Source: Candidatus Kerfeldbacteria bacterium CG_4_10_14_0_8_um_filter_42_10 (GTDB taxonomy: Bacteria > Patescibacteriota > Patescibacteriia > UM-FILTER-42-10). Taken from it: DNA of 64,000 bases. The stretch is taken from contig PFMD01000024.1 of assembly GCA_002784945.1 (NCBI GenBank), positions 17,858 to 81,857 on the forward strand, written 5' to 3'. Below are positions 19,501-27,649 of this stretch, one piece after another (position 1 is the first letter of the stretch; every line of letters starts with the position of its first letter). The notes beneath the pieces were generated by a model that had not been told where the DNA came from, did not search any database, and saw nothing but the letters and a program-made list of their open reading frames with translations. Both the position numbers and the translations under genes were made by a program.

Positions 19501-22100
19501 ATGGTAATCACCACATCGTCTTTGGTTTGGCCGGATTCAATGTTTACGGAAACCTCGGAATTCTGAATATAATCAGAGTTCCAGTCCATAAAGGCATTCA
19601 GTTCATATTTACCCGCCGGAACATCAAGCGAAAACTGTCCGCTTTCCAACGGCGCTCCTAAAAAGCCGCCGTACCACATGTCGCCTTCTTGAAAATCATC
19701 TCGAGAATTTGAGGCATTAACCCAGCCCCAGCTATTGATTAAATCGCCATCGGCCGTTTCTAAATGCCCCTTGATCGTGGCATCGGCAATTCCCATTTGA
19801 AAATTAACATCGCTAACGGTTCGATTGGCTTGAATAGAAATTTCGGTCGGCGGAGTAATCGGAACGTAACTTGCTCCTTCATCTTCGGGAGAAGCGTTCC
19901 AACTGGGGAAAGCATTCACTTGATAAGTCCCCCCGAACACCAGCATATCGTACTCACCATCGGCATCGGTCATGGCCGAGCCCCAACCGCCGGCTGATTC
20001 GGACCAAGCGTTAAGATTAGCTCCTTCAATCGGCGTTCCATTGGTATCGGTCACCTTGCCGGTGATATGAGCATTCTTTTCTACCAGATTAAGTGTTCCC
20101 AAATCATAAGTTGAATCAGAAATCATCTTTACGGGAGCAATCGCCGGGCCGGCATATTCTTCGCCCTCGCCGGAATAACTCCAGGCCCACATGTTTATTT
20201 CATAGGTATGACCTCCGGCTAATTTCAAGGAGAAGTTGCCGCTACTGTCTACCTGCGCCCAGTTGCCGGTACGGCCGCCTTTCTCCCAAGCGTCAACGTT
20301 TGCCGAAATCATATTGCCCAAAGCGCTGCCGTCGGGCTTCACCAGTTTTCCCGTTAAGGTCGCATCGTATTCGACCACGGTAAAATTGACCGTGTTTGTT
20401 TCACTAATGGAATCGTCTTCGGTAAATTCAATGTACTGCTCAGCGGGAGCGCCCCAATCCGGCTCGCCGCCTGATCCCCAATCCGGCCAGACATTTATTC
20501 CGTAAGATCCTTTGCCAACCCACAGGGTGTATTGGCCTTGCGAATTAGTCTGATCCCAAGCGTATCCGCCATACATTCCCCCTAAGGCCCAGGTGTCGAT
20601 CCGGGCATCCGTTACCGGATTACCGTTGGGATAAGAAACCGTTCCCGTTATTTTCTTTCTGGCGGTGGCTAATTGAATGGGATGGGTATCATAATAAGTA
20701 CTGGTCTGGCCGGCAGTTAATTGGACGCTAAGCGTTTCCGAGGGCAGTAAACCTTCTTGATCAAAGGGAGGGTTAACCTTGACGTAATAAGTTCCGGTGG
20801 CAAAACTTTTATTAACCGTAAATTCGCCATCGGCGTTAGTCTGACCCCAATAACTGTTTTGCCAGCTATAAGAGGAATCGTGCACATCCACTTGCGCGTT
20901 AGTTACCGGACTGCCGGATTCCGTTACCACTTTTCCTTTCATAATTGCCGGCGAAAGATAAAGCGTTCCTACATTAATATTTGATCCAGAATAATTAATG
21001 GTTTGGGTAGCAGGGGCAGCATAATCAGGATAAGAATACTGATCAATCCAAAACTCCAGTTTGTAAGCGCCGTTAGTGGTAATCGCCAGACCGAACGTTC
21101 CATCTTCTGCCGTAGTTCCATACTTGTTAATTGTCCAGTTGTTATTATAAAAACTAAAAGAAGCGTTTGCCACCGGATCGCCGGAAGGCGTTAAAAGCGT
21201 TCCGGTAATATTATTATTCAGAAGATATAAATTACCAAGATTGTTGCTGATATTGGCATTAATCGCCGCCGTCGTAGGGTCCGGCGCAGAATAATTATCC
21301 CCCCAGTAATTCACATTAATATTATAAGTGGCGCTCTGACTGATATTTAAGGAGAAATAACCGTTCTCATCAGTGTTCGCCCAATAAGAATAAGTCCAAT
21401 TATTAGTATAGAGTGAGATGCTGCATTCGCTGGCACAAGGAGTCAGATCCGGTTTTAAAACATAACCAACGACATTCGGGGCTTTATAACTGGCGGCTAA
21501 AGTAACCATGCTGCCAGAATAAGTGAAGGTAATTGGATCAGGAGGAGATTCTCCTTCAAAATTGCCGTAAACCTCAATCGTATATATTCCATTACTCTCC
21601 AGACCGAAAGAAGCCACTCCTAAATTATTAGTAGATTCATATTTCCAAATAGTGTTGTTAGCATCATGCAAATTGACCCCAACGTAACCTGCCGGTGTTA
21701 CCTCGTCAGACATAGTAAGAGTCAGCAGAACGGAAGGTTCCACTAAAGCAACGGTTCCTAAATCATAAACCGGAGTACCTGGCAGATAAACCTGAATGGG
21801 ATCAGGATCTTTATAAGTAGCATGCCCTGCCCAGACTTGAACGGTATAATTGTCAGCGGGCAGATCATTAAAAGTAAAATCTCCGTTCTGATCGGTATAG
21901 GTTGATTGATAATAAGACCAGGTGGCATTTCTCACGTCTACTAAGGCATTAGTTACCGCCGTGGTTTCATCCGGTTCGGTAACAGTACCGGCAAGAGAAG
22001 GATTCTGGGCCGAAGCTTGATTAGGCGCAATGATTAGTAAGGCCAGTCCAAAGAAGAAGATTAATCCGCTATAATTTATAATTTTTTTAATATTGTTCAT
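16599..22100 (-). CDS. Giant secreted protein: N-terminal Ig-like/carboxypeptidase-regulatory-like repeats plus C-terminal FG-GAP beta-propeller
   Basis: 1833 aa; signal peptide; repeated ~90-aa beta-sandwich units; C-terminal third has many DxDGDG calcium-binding FG-GAP repeats (VADLNGDGTSSLVV, DLDGDGKQDMVV, GDVNGDGQKDIIT). Confidence 0.8.
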   Translation of the reverse strand: MNNIKKIINYSGLIFFFGLALLIIAPNQASAQNPSLAGTVTEPDETTAVTNALVDVRNATWSYYQSTYTDQNGDFTFNDLPADNYTVQVWAGHATYKDPDPIQVYLPGTPVYDLGTVALVEPSVLLTLTMSDEVTPAGYVGVNLHDANNTIWKYESTNNLGVASFGLESNGIYTIEVYGNFEGESPPDPITFTYSGSMVTLAASYKAPNVVGYVLKPDLTPCASECSISLYTNNWTYSYWANTDENGYFSLNISQSATYNINVNYWGDNYSAPDPTTAAINANISNNLGNLYLLNNNITGTLLTPSGDPVANASFSFYNNNWTINKYGTTAEDGTFGLAITTNGAYKLEFWIDQYSYPDYAAPATQTINYSGSNINVGTLYLSPAIMKGKVVTESGSPVTNAQVDVHDSSYSWQNSYWGQTNADGEFTVNKSFATGTYYVKVNPPFDQEGLLPSETLSVQLTAGQTSTYYDTHPIQLATARKKITGTVSYPNGNPVTDARIDTWALGGMYGGYAWDQTNSQGQYTLWVGKGSYGINVWPDWGSGGEPDWGAPAEQYIEFTEDDSISETNTVNFTVVEYDATLTGKLVKPDGSALGNMISANVDAWEKGGRTGNWAQVDSSGNFSLKLAGGHTYEINMWAWSYSGEGEEYAGPAIAPVKMISDSTYDLGTLNLVEKNAHITGKVTDTNGTPIEGANLNAWSESAGGWGSAMTDADGEYDMLVFGGTYQVNAFPSWNASPEDEGASYVPITPPTEISIQANRTVSDVNFQMGIADATIKGHLETADGDLINSWGWVNASNSRDDFQEGDMWYGGFLGAPLESGQFSLDVPAGKYELNAFMDWNSDYIQNSEVSVNIESGQTKDDVVITMIPTNSKIQGKFKDADGNTVYGLWGEIFGDRAEGGNTFSQINPDGTYSLKVAAGTWNLDYWLDPWSGAGYLPSSLESKKVTVEEDETITLDFTVLAADSAISGVVHDEEGNEIEGAHVYASLDYAGQQRDDNYSSYGFDSLEAVSDANGVFSLMAPEGEYYLHASLPPSLGYIFTGAQLVYTSPNDPAENIEVIFASADAQITGQVTLEAENNQAFIYAYTSNGGYSEATTSDGDYTIAVTRGETWRIGAVHESGTSYYISEQKDVVVDAATKTQDLELEYQGEMPESTNSTFDSTQSFSLELEDGFAIQAPARAFATEGNVTLTVKPTAKMAYQAGAQPLQGYGYEITVRGDDGSTIQSFNSNVTLTIPYSEEALQDLGLLESDLSGEYFDSTSGIWEGAASVIVDEDNNVINIQTDHFSTFSTITPGRAADAENLELGVTAPTEGTAVSTDSVLVSGTVSDNAAIVTVRLNGVSSGEVTVDSSGSFSKNVAGLLEGENTILVGAVKGLLTADTVSRTIIYSPEGETPLDSVTGIAYDIAVTTNENSSPHIRVFNSEGELQSQFFAFSEAYRGEFRILTADVNGDDEMEIIAWPYGEGYGPQIRIFAKDGTLLAQELVLNEGYRGGIEVVNNVDLDGDGKQDMVVVPRGNGGPNLRAYKYNSQTGTIDLLAWTMAYQEEYQGEIAVATADVTGDGNVDVITSPLDGGPNIRVFHYDSIHGTLELDDWFMAYQEEFQGGVLVATGDVNGDGQKDIITYPEEAGGANIRAYSYNSETGAFELINWIQPFSDDYRGLMEVKVFDLDKDDQAEIIVAPATNGGPNLRVYSYNSATEDFDLKDWAMVFADDFRGGVGLEVSNLDGDAYREVVVYPLQNGGPNLRIYEYDAAGQLTLLDWTYAYAADFRGEMTVRVADLNGDGTSSLVVTPLSGGGPNVRIINVENDELVVSNWFMAYDETFRGGVLTKFIN

Positions 22101-22311
22101 TTTTTTGATTTAATTATTAATTTTTGTTGATAAATAAAAACTGCCTAAAAAGGCAGATTTTTTAATCTTTAATTTTGTTTCGGTTTATGCCCCGCATAGA
22201 CTCGGCGTCTAGCCTAGGCTGGTAAATATGCCCTCCTAGCATATTTTTTGTGGTTATTTATTTTTATTTTCACCTTTATTATAGCGCAAAAAAGGGTTTT
22301 TGTCAACAAAT

Positions 22312-22385
22312 TCCGTTAGAAGCCCAACTTAGCTAGCTTTAATCAATCATAAGAGTTAACACTCTCTAAGGAACGAGCTTCTAGA
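22312..22385. mobile_element. MITE-like empty copy of the CCCGTTAGA terminal-inverted-repeat element
   Basis: TCCGTTAGAAGC at left end, GCTTCTAGACGGGA at right end; 74 bp. Confidence 0.5.
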
Positions 22386-22486
22386 CGGGATAAAAGAATT
22401 GACTAAAAAGCCCTCGGTGATAAGATTACTTACCGATCATTGGAAAAAATCTGCCGGATTTAACAGTCATGAGGGAGGTGATTTAA

Positions 22487-22849
22487 ATGATGGGAGCAAT
22501 GGAATACTCCGTAAGAATAACAGGGGGTATTCTACTAATTACCCTGAGGGGCTCTTTCGAAAAAAACGGAGAGGACTTATTTAAACTAATGATTAAGGAA
22601 AGCCCCTTACTGAGAGAAACGGGACTTAGGGCGATCAAACGAATGGCAGTTGATGTTACTCAAGTAAATTCTACGGATCTTTCCGGAATTTCTGTTTTGG
22701 TCGGGCTACGTGCTCTGGGAGATCAAGCGGGAATAAGTCAACAGCTCGCCGTCATTCTGGGCGACAATTCCAAGATGCGTAAATTGCTCGATCAGACTAA
22801 ACTCGCCACAATTTTTCAGTGCCTCACGTCCGTTGAAGAACTGAACTGA
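22487..22849 (+). CDS. STAS-domain protein (anti-sigma-factor antagonist-like)
   Basis: 120 aa; SpoIIAA-like pattern ...VDVTQVNSTDLSGISVLVGL...; GGGAGGTG RBS 8 nt upstream. Confidence 0.55.
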   Translation: MMGAMEYSVRITGGILLITLRGSFEKNGEDLFKLMIKESPLLRETGLRAIKRMAVDVTQVNSTDLSGISVLVGLRALGDQAGISQQLAVILGDNSKMRKLLDQTKLATIFQCLTSVEELN

Positions 22850-22879
22850 TTCGCCCCGAACAATCTGCGCCCTTTACTA

Positions 22880-22915
22880 AAAGCTGCGGTCACCCGATCA
22901 GCAGCTTTTTCATTT
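22880..22915 (+). terminator. Rho-independent terminator after STAS gene
   Basis: AAAGCTGC-ggtcacccgatca-GCAGCTTT followed by TTTC. Confidence 0.5.
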
Positions 22916-22929
22916 GGAAAGGTAGGGCC

Positions 22930-23093
22930 ATTAAAAATTTTCCATTTCTGACTATTTTTTGCCCCCAGGGCTCTTGTTCTTTTGACAGCAAAAGAACCAA
23001 AACTGCTGGGGCGACTAATGCGCTGTAGCGCCAATTGCCGTTCCTACTTCTTTTTTTGGCTTAGAGTCGCCCCAGACCCCAGCGTCCTTTGGG
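22930..23093 (-). repeat. Structured ~165-bp repeat, copy B (inverted relative to copy A)
   Basis: Reverse complement aligns to 6722..6885 at ~85-90% identity; same internal hairpins. Confidence 0.75.
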
Positions 23094-23382
23094 TTTATAT
23101 CTCTATGTTTACTCGACCATCAAGGGATCCGGCGAACATTGGAAAAATTTAACTAGAATTTGGAGTTAAGAAGGAACGTTCCCCGAAAGGAAAATTTAGC
23201 ACCGTTCAAACCCCACATAGGTGGGTGAGTTTGCTAAATTAGTGACGATGAATCCTAAATTCTCTAAATTTTTCCAGCGAGCCAGTTCTTAGCGCCACAT
23301 TTTGTCTAAAAAGGTGGCGAGGAAGTTTGGTTAAAAGTGGATTCTTCATCCTAAATAGCTTGCATAAAAAAACAACAATTGA

Positions 23383-23410
23383 TAGAATTATTTACTATCA
23401 AATAATTCTA
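23383..23410. promoter_or_regulatory. Palindromic operator-like site overlapping start codon of 23410 gene
   Basis: TAGAATTATTT-actatc-AAATAATTCTA, 11-bp perfect inverted repeat. Confidence 0.4.
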
Positions 23411-24069
23411 TGAAAAGAAACAAAGAATATTTAATTTTCTTAATTTTTATTGTTTTACTGGCAGGAATTGCAATTATTCTTGAGTTCTCAAGCAATCTAT
23501 CAATAATGACTATTCGTGGTCTTGGAAGTATCTCAATACTTATAGCTTTCGTAATAACCACATTTATTAAGAAACTAGATGATGAAATACAAAATAATCG
23601 ATGGAAATATAGATTTGATGAACAAAATCTAAGCGAAAATAGGTATCATTATATTCTTTCCAGAAATTATCTCAATGCAAGTATGCTTTGCGATATTAGA
23701 AAATCACTTCCTCCTCACGATGAAGGATTATCGTTTGCCGCAAAAGAAAGATTGTTTTCTTCATTTAAAGAAATTAAAGAATCAATTACTAACCTAGCTA
23801 GCATTGTCGGAAGGGATTATAGAAAAATAATAGAAAATAAACTTATTGCTATTTTAGAGTCATCAATCGGTGATATTGAAAAAAATCAAAAATTAGAAAT
23901 CATTAGAGGTGACGTTATGAGAGAGGGAGTTAAAGCACTAAACGTTATCTTTAAAGACGAAGAAGAACTGATTCGTAAAAAAGGTAAGCTAGATTATATT
24001 TTTTATGAATTTCAAGTTACTGGTCTTATTTTAATAGGGATTGGCGAAATCCTTAATATAATTTCCTAA
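23410..24069 (+). CDS. Hypothetical membrane-anchored protein (2 N-terminal TM, cytoplasmic helical domain)
   Basis: 219 aa; lies in a markedly AT-rich islet (~30% GC). Confidence 0.5.
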   Translation: MKRNKEYLIFLIFIVLLAGIAIILEFSSNLSIMTIRGLGSISILIAFVITTFIKKLDDEIQNNRWKYRFDEQNLSENRYHYILSRNYLNASMLCDIRKSLPPHDEGLSFAAKERLFSSFKEIKESITNLASIVGRDYRKIIENKLIAILESSIGDIEKNQKLEIIRGDVMREGVKALNVIFKDEEELIRKKGKLDYIFYEFQVTGLILIGIGEILNIIS

Positions 24070-24128
24070 AATTATACAATCAATAACAAAATCACTTCTC
24101 AATAATTTTAAAGTGATTGTTTTGATTA

Positions 24129-24551
24129 CTACTTTACTTCTTCAAACTCTATTTCCCTTTCATTCCCCTTCTCTTTGAGATTGGCAAAATAGAGTTTTAT
24201 TTTTAGATCGGGAAAAATGTCTTGGATTATTTTAGCCGCTTTTTTTAAATCGGCATAATGTTGCACTTTTTCGCTTGCTTCGTTGTCAAACTCTTCGTAT
24301 CCCCCACAGTTCTGATGATTGATGATTATTACTCTAGCAATTTCATGCAGTCGGAATGATTTTTCAATTGAGTCTAGAAGGTAATTTTTTGTATTCTGAT
24401 CATCCGGACGGGAAAGATTTTTGGCTACTCCGGGAACAGTTAAAAGATCATATGATCCTTCTATTCTTAACTCCCTACTAAAATCATGGATAGCGTCTTG
24501 AAACCGAAAATCCATGCAGGTGATAATTAGGGCTTTGGCGCGATGGGACAT
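24129..24551 (-). CDS. Short beta-carbonic-anhydrase-like protein
   Basis: 140 aa; CMDFR (beta-CA CxDxR) and HQNCGG (HxxCG) zinc-ligand motifs, but ~70 aa shorter than canonical beta-CA. Confidence 0.45.
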   Translation of the reverse strand: MSHRAKALIITCMDFRFQDAIHDFSRELRIEGSYDLLTVPGVAKNLSRPDDQNTKNYLLDSIEKSFRLHEIARVIIINHQNCGGYEEFDNEASEKVQHYADLKKAAKIIQDIFPDLKIKLYFANLKEKGNEREIEFEEVK

Positions 24552-24673
24552 AATTTAGTACAATAAGTTTATAATAGGATTATATCATTTTTAACAGAAA
24601 TCAGGAAAATAAAGGTATTTTAGGCTAAAAAGGGCCGCTTTTCCGTTTTTCCACAGAATAAAAATGGCCAGCA

Positions 24674-24702
24674 TTGACATATTTGATTATTTGCTCTAAT
24701 CT
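24674..24702 (+). promoter_or_regulatory. Candidate sigma70-type promoter for the atp operon
   Basis: TTGACA - 17 nt - TAATCT, ~85 nt upstream of atpZ-like start. Confidence 0.3.
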
Positions 24703-24788
24703 ATAGGCGAAAAAATGGCTATTCCAGCATTTTTTTGTTAATTTCAATATTCTTCGCTATTTCAGATTATTTTGGATTAAAGACAGAA

Positions 24789-25142
24789 ATGAAAAAAAGA
24801 AACTCCAACTTATTTACAGAGAAAGACGCGCCTCAAAAGTCCTCTTCAGATAATAATCAAGAGACGGCCTGGTGGCAACCGGCCATGACTATTTTCAGCC
24901 AGGTTACCGGATTAATCGCCGGGCCGATTCTAATTGCTTTATTTGTCGGCAAGGCTTTAGATAAAAAATATAATACCGATCCTTGGATTTTTTTAGGACT
25001 CACGGCCGTGGCTTTCTTCATCTCCAGCATGGGAATAGTCAAAATTGCCGCTAATTATTCCAAGAAAATAGAAAAAGAGCTCGACGCCAAAAAAAAGGAT
25101 TCTGATTCGGCTAAAAATAATTTTAAAAAAGAAAATAAATAA
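24789..25142 (+). CDS. AtpZ/AtpI-like small membrane protein of ATP synthase operon
   Basis: ~117 aa from the internal Met (track ORF starts 24735); WWQPAMTIFSQVTGLIAGPILIALFVGKALDKKY resembles the AtpZ family; immediately upstream of atpB. Confidence 0.5.
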   Translation: MKKRNSNLFTEKDAPQKSSSDNNQETAWWQPAMTIFSQVTGLIAGPILIALFVGKALDKKYNTDPWIFLGLTAVAFFISSMGIVKIAANYSKKIEKELDAKKKDSDSAKNNFKKENK

Positions 25143-25154
25143 CTAACAAAATTA

Positions 25155-26051
25155 ATGGCTACCAACGAACAAACTGAAAATACCATTCCGGCTGCTCATC
25201 AGGAAACTGACGCTTCTGACTCCAATCAGCAGACCGAGACTAACAATCAAGTTTCTCATGAAACGACCTTGTATCCTGAACCGATTTTGGAAATAGGAAA
25301 ATTTACGATTACTAATTCCCTTTTAAATTCTTGGCTGGCCGTTCTCATTATCATCCTGGGAGTATTGGCTTTAAGAAAAAAAATTAAACTGATTCCGCGA
25401 GGCCTTCAAAACTTGTGGGAAATAATTATTGAGGGAGCGTTAAAACTGGCAGACTCCGTTACTAGCGACCGGAAAAAATCAATGAAGATTTTCCCAATTG
25501 TGTTCGCCATATTTATTTTTGTTCTAATCAACAACTGGTTGGGCCTTTTGCCGGGTGTCGGCTCAATTGGATTCATTGAACAGCACGGCGGCACATCGAC
25601 CTTTGCGCCTTTTTTCCGCGGTTCTACCGCCGATTTAAACACTACTCTAGGCTTAGCACTGTTTGCCGTCATTGGCTCCAATATTTTCGGCATCATTACC
25701 ATTGGTTTTTGGAAACATCTTAATAAATTCGTTAACTTGAAATCCTTTGCCGAGATTCCCAAAAAAATCAGAAAAGAACCGTTCATTGTTTTGATTAATC
25801 CGATTAAAGCGTTTGTGGGAATAATTGAACTGGTGGGAGAATTGGCCAAGATCGCCTCACTCTCCTTTCGTCTTTTCGGCAATATTTTTGCCGGTGAGGT
25901 TTTGCTGGCCGCTATGGCGGTAATTTTCGCTTTTATTCTGCCGATCCCTTTTATCTTTTTGGAATTAATTGTTGGCATTGTCCAAGCGCTAATTTTTGCC
26001 ATGTTGACCCTGGTTTACTTCACTATTGCTTCAACCGCGGAAGAACATTAA
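25155..26051 (+). CDS. atpB: F0F1 ATP synthase subunit a
   Basis: 298 aa; multiple TM helices; conserved LSFRLFGNIFAGEVLL with the essential Arg. Confidence 0.85.
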   Translation: MATNEQTENTIPAAHQETDASDSNQQTETNNQVSHETTLYPEPILEIGKFTITNSLLNSWLAVLIIILGVLALRKKIKLIPRGLQNLWEIIIEGALKLADSVTSDRKKSMKIFPIVFAIFIFVLINNWLGLLPGVGSIGFIEQHGGTSTFAPFFRGSTADLNTTLGLALFAVIGSNIFGIITIGFWKHLNKFVNLKSFAEIPKKIRKEPFIVLINPIKAFVGIIELVGELAKIASLSFRLFGNIFAGEVLLAAMAVIFAFILPIPFIFLELIVGIVQALIFAMLTLVYFTIASTAEEH

Positions 26052-26246
26052 AAATAATGTATAATTAATAATTTATAATGTATAATGACATAAATCCTAA
26101 ATTCTCTCCAAAGGCATACTTCAGAGGTGCATCCGCTCGCCTCGCCGGCGAAGCGGGTCCATGGCGGAGATCTTTGCCTTAGGCGTGAGGAGTTTATGAT
26201 TTAATGCTTCAAAAAATTATACATTATACATTATTAATTATTAATT
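26052..26246. repeat. Inverted-repeat-flanked insertion between atpB and atpE (AT-rich ~35-bp arms around a ~130-nt GC-rich core)
   Basis: Arms ATAATGTATAATG...CATTATACATTAT pair perfectly over 13 bp; core begins with the motif AATCCTAAATTCTCT also found at 23247. Confidence 0.55.
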
Positions 26247-26295
26247 GGTTGATAACACCGACTCTAAATCCAAAAAACATAAGTCGAGTAGTTAA

Positions 26296-26529
<234 letters not shown>

Positions 26530-26643
26530 TCCGATTATGGGCAAGAGGATTGGTTTAACCATTCCTCTTGAGATAATCTGATTATTAACAAATACAAAAT
26601 TCAAAATTTTGATCCTAAACAATCCTTTTAAGGCACAGTTTGA

Positions 26644-26708
26644 GAAATTAGAATTTGGGATTTGTAATTTGTTTAGGATTTAGAAATTAGAATTTGGGAT
26701 TTACAAAT
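26644..26708 (+). repeat. Tandem direct repeat 2x GAAATTAGAATTTGGGATTT (period 39) immediately upstream of atpF
   Basis: Two perfect 20-mers; related to the (A)ATCCTAAA/TTTAGGAT motif family. Confidence 0.6.
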
Positions 26709-26710
26709 AT

Positions 26711-27217
26711 ATGGACGAAGTAATAAAAACTTTTCACATCGATTGGAAACTAATGATCGCTCAGTTAATTAATTTGGCTATCGTGATTTTTGTCTTGTGG
26801 AAATTTGCCGTAAAGCCACTGACTAAATTAATGGAAAAAAGATCAAAGGATATTGAGCAAAGCCTCAAGGACGCCAAAAAAATTGAGGAAAACCTGGCCA
26901 AATCAGAAGCGGACAAAGAAAATCAGCTAAAGCAAGCGCGAAAAGAGGCTCAAGCGATTATGGAGAAAGCCAACCAGCAAGAGGAAAGGCAAAGCCGGCA
27001 AATGATCGACGAAACCAAAACCGAAGTGCAAACCATGATTGTCACGGCCAAAGATCAGATCGCTCAAGAAAAGCAACAGATGCTTAAAGAGGCCAAGGCG
27101 GATCTGGGATCATTAGTAATAGAAGCAACGAAAAAAATTTTGGAGAAGACCGGAGCAAAAGAAATCGACGAAAAAATTGTCTCTGATTCACTGAGTCATT
27201 TATCCAATAAAAAGTAA
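26711..27217 (+). CDS. atpF: F0F1 ATP synthase subunit b
   Basis: 168 aa; single N-terminal TM then long charged coiled coil. Confidence 0.75.
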   Translation: MDEVIKTFHIDWKLMIAQLINLAIVIFVLWKFAVKPLTKLMEKRSKDIEQSLKDAKKIEENLAKSEADKENQLKQARKEAQAIMEKANQQEERQSRQMIDETKTEVQTMIVTAKDQIAQEKQQMLKEAKADLGSLVIEATKKILEKTGAKEIDEKIVSDSLSHLSNKK

Positions 27218-27227
27218 TAATTCAGCA

Positions 27228-27629
27228 ATGAAAAGGGTTACGCCAAAACAATATGCCATCGCCTTGTACGAATCAATCAAAGATTCTGAAGGTACGGAAT
27301 TAAACCAAAGGATTCGCAATTTTTTGGAGTTGATTCGAAAAAGAAAAAACATGAAATCGCTTAATAAGATCTATAAGCATTTTGTCGCGGTATATCAAGA
27401 GCGCGAGCAAGTTTTGCAGGCTGAGGTAACCGCCAGCCGCGATCTTGGCAGTAAGGTCAAAAGCGAAATTATTCACTGGCTAAACGAATCTACCGGACGC
27501 ACTGCCACCTTAACGGAACTAATCGATCCAACCATACTCGGCGGAGTAATTGTTAAATTCGGCGACACGGTATGGGATGCCAGCTTAAAAAACAGTTTAA
27601 AAAAACTACAAAATTCCTTTAATAAATAA
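27228..27629 (+). CDS. atpH: F0F1 ATP synthase subunit delta (short form)
   Basis: 133 aa; OSCP-like C-terminal [17 protein letters not shown]; operon position between atpF and atpA. Confidence 0.65.
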   Translation: MKRVTPKQYAIALYESIKDSEGTELNQRIRNFLELIRKRKNMKSLNKIYKHFVAVYQEREQVLQAEVTASRDLGSKVKSEIIHWLNESTGRTATLTELIDPTILGGVIVKFGDTVWDASLKNSLKKLQNSFNK

Positions 27630-27649
27630 CCAATAATCTATCAAATCAT

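Noticed and set aside
26644-26708. Tandem 20-nt repeats considered as a possible CRISPR array
   Set aside because: Only two units, A/T-rich, no spacer-repeat periodicity beyond two copies and no cas genes; more consistent with a regulatory repeat upstream of atpF.
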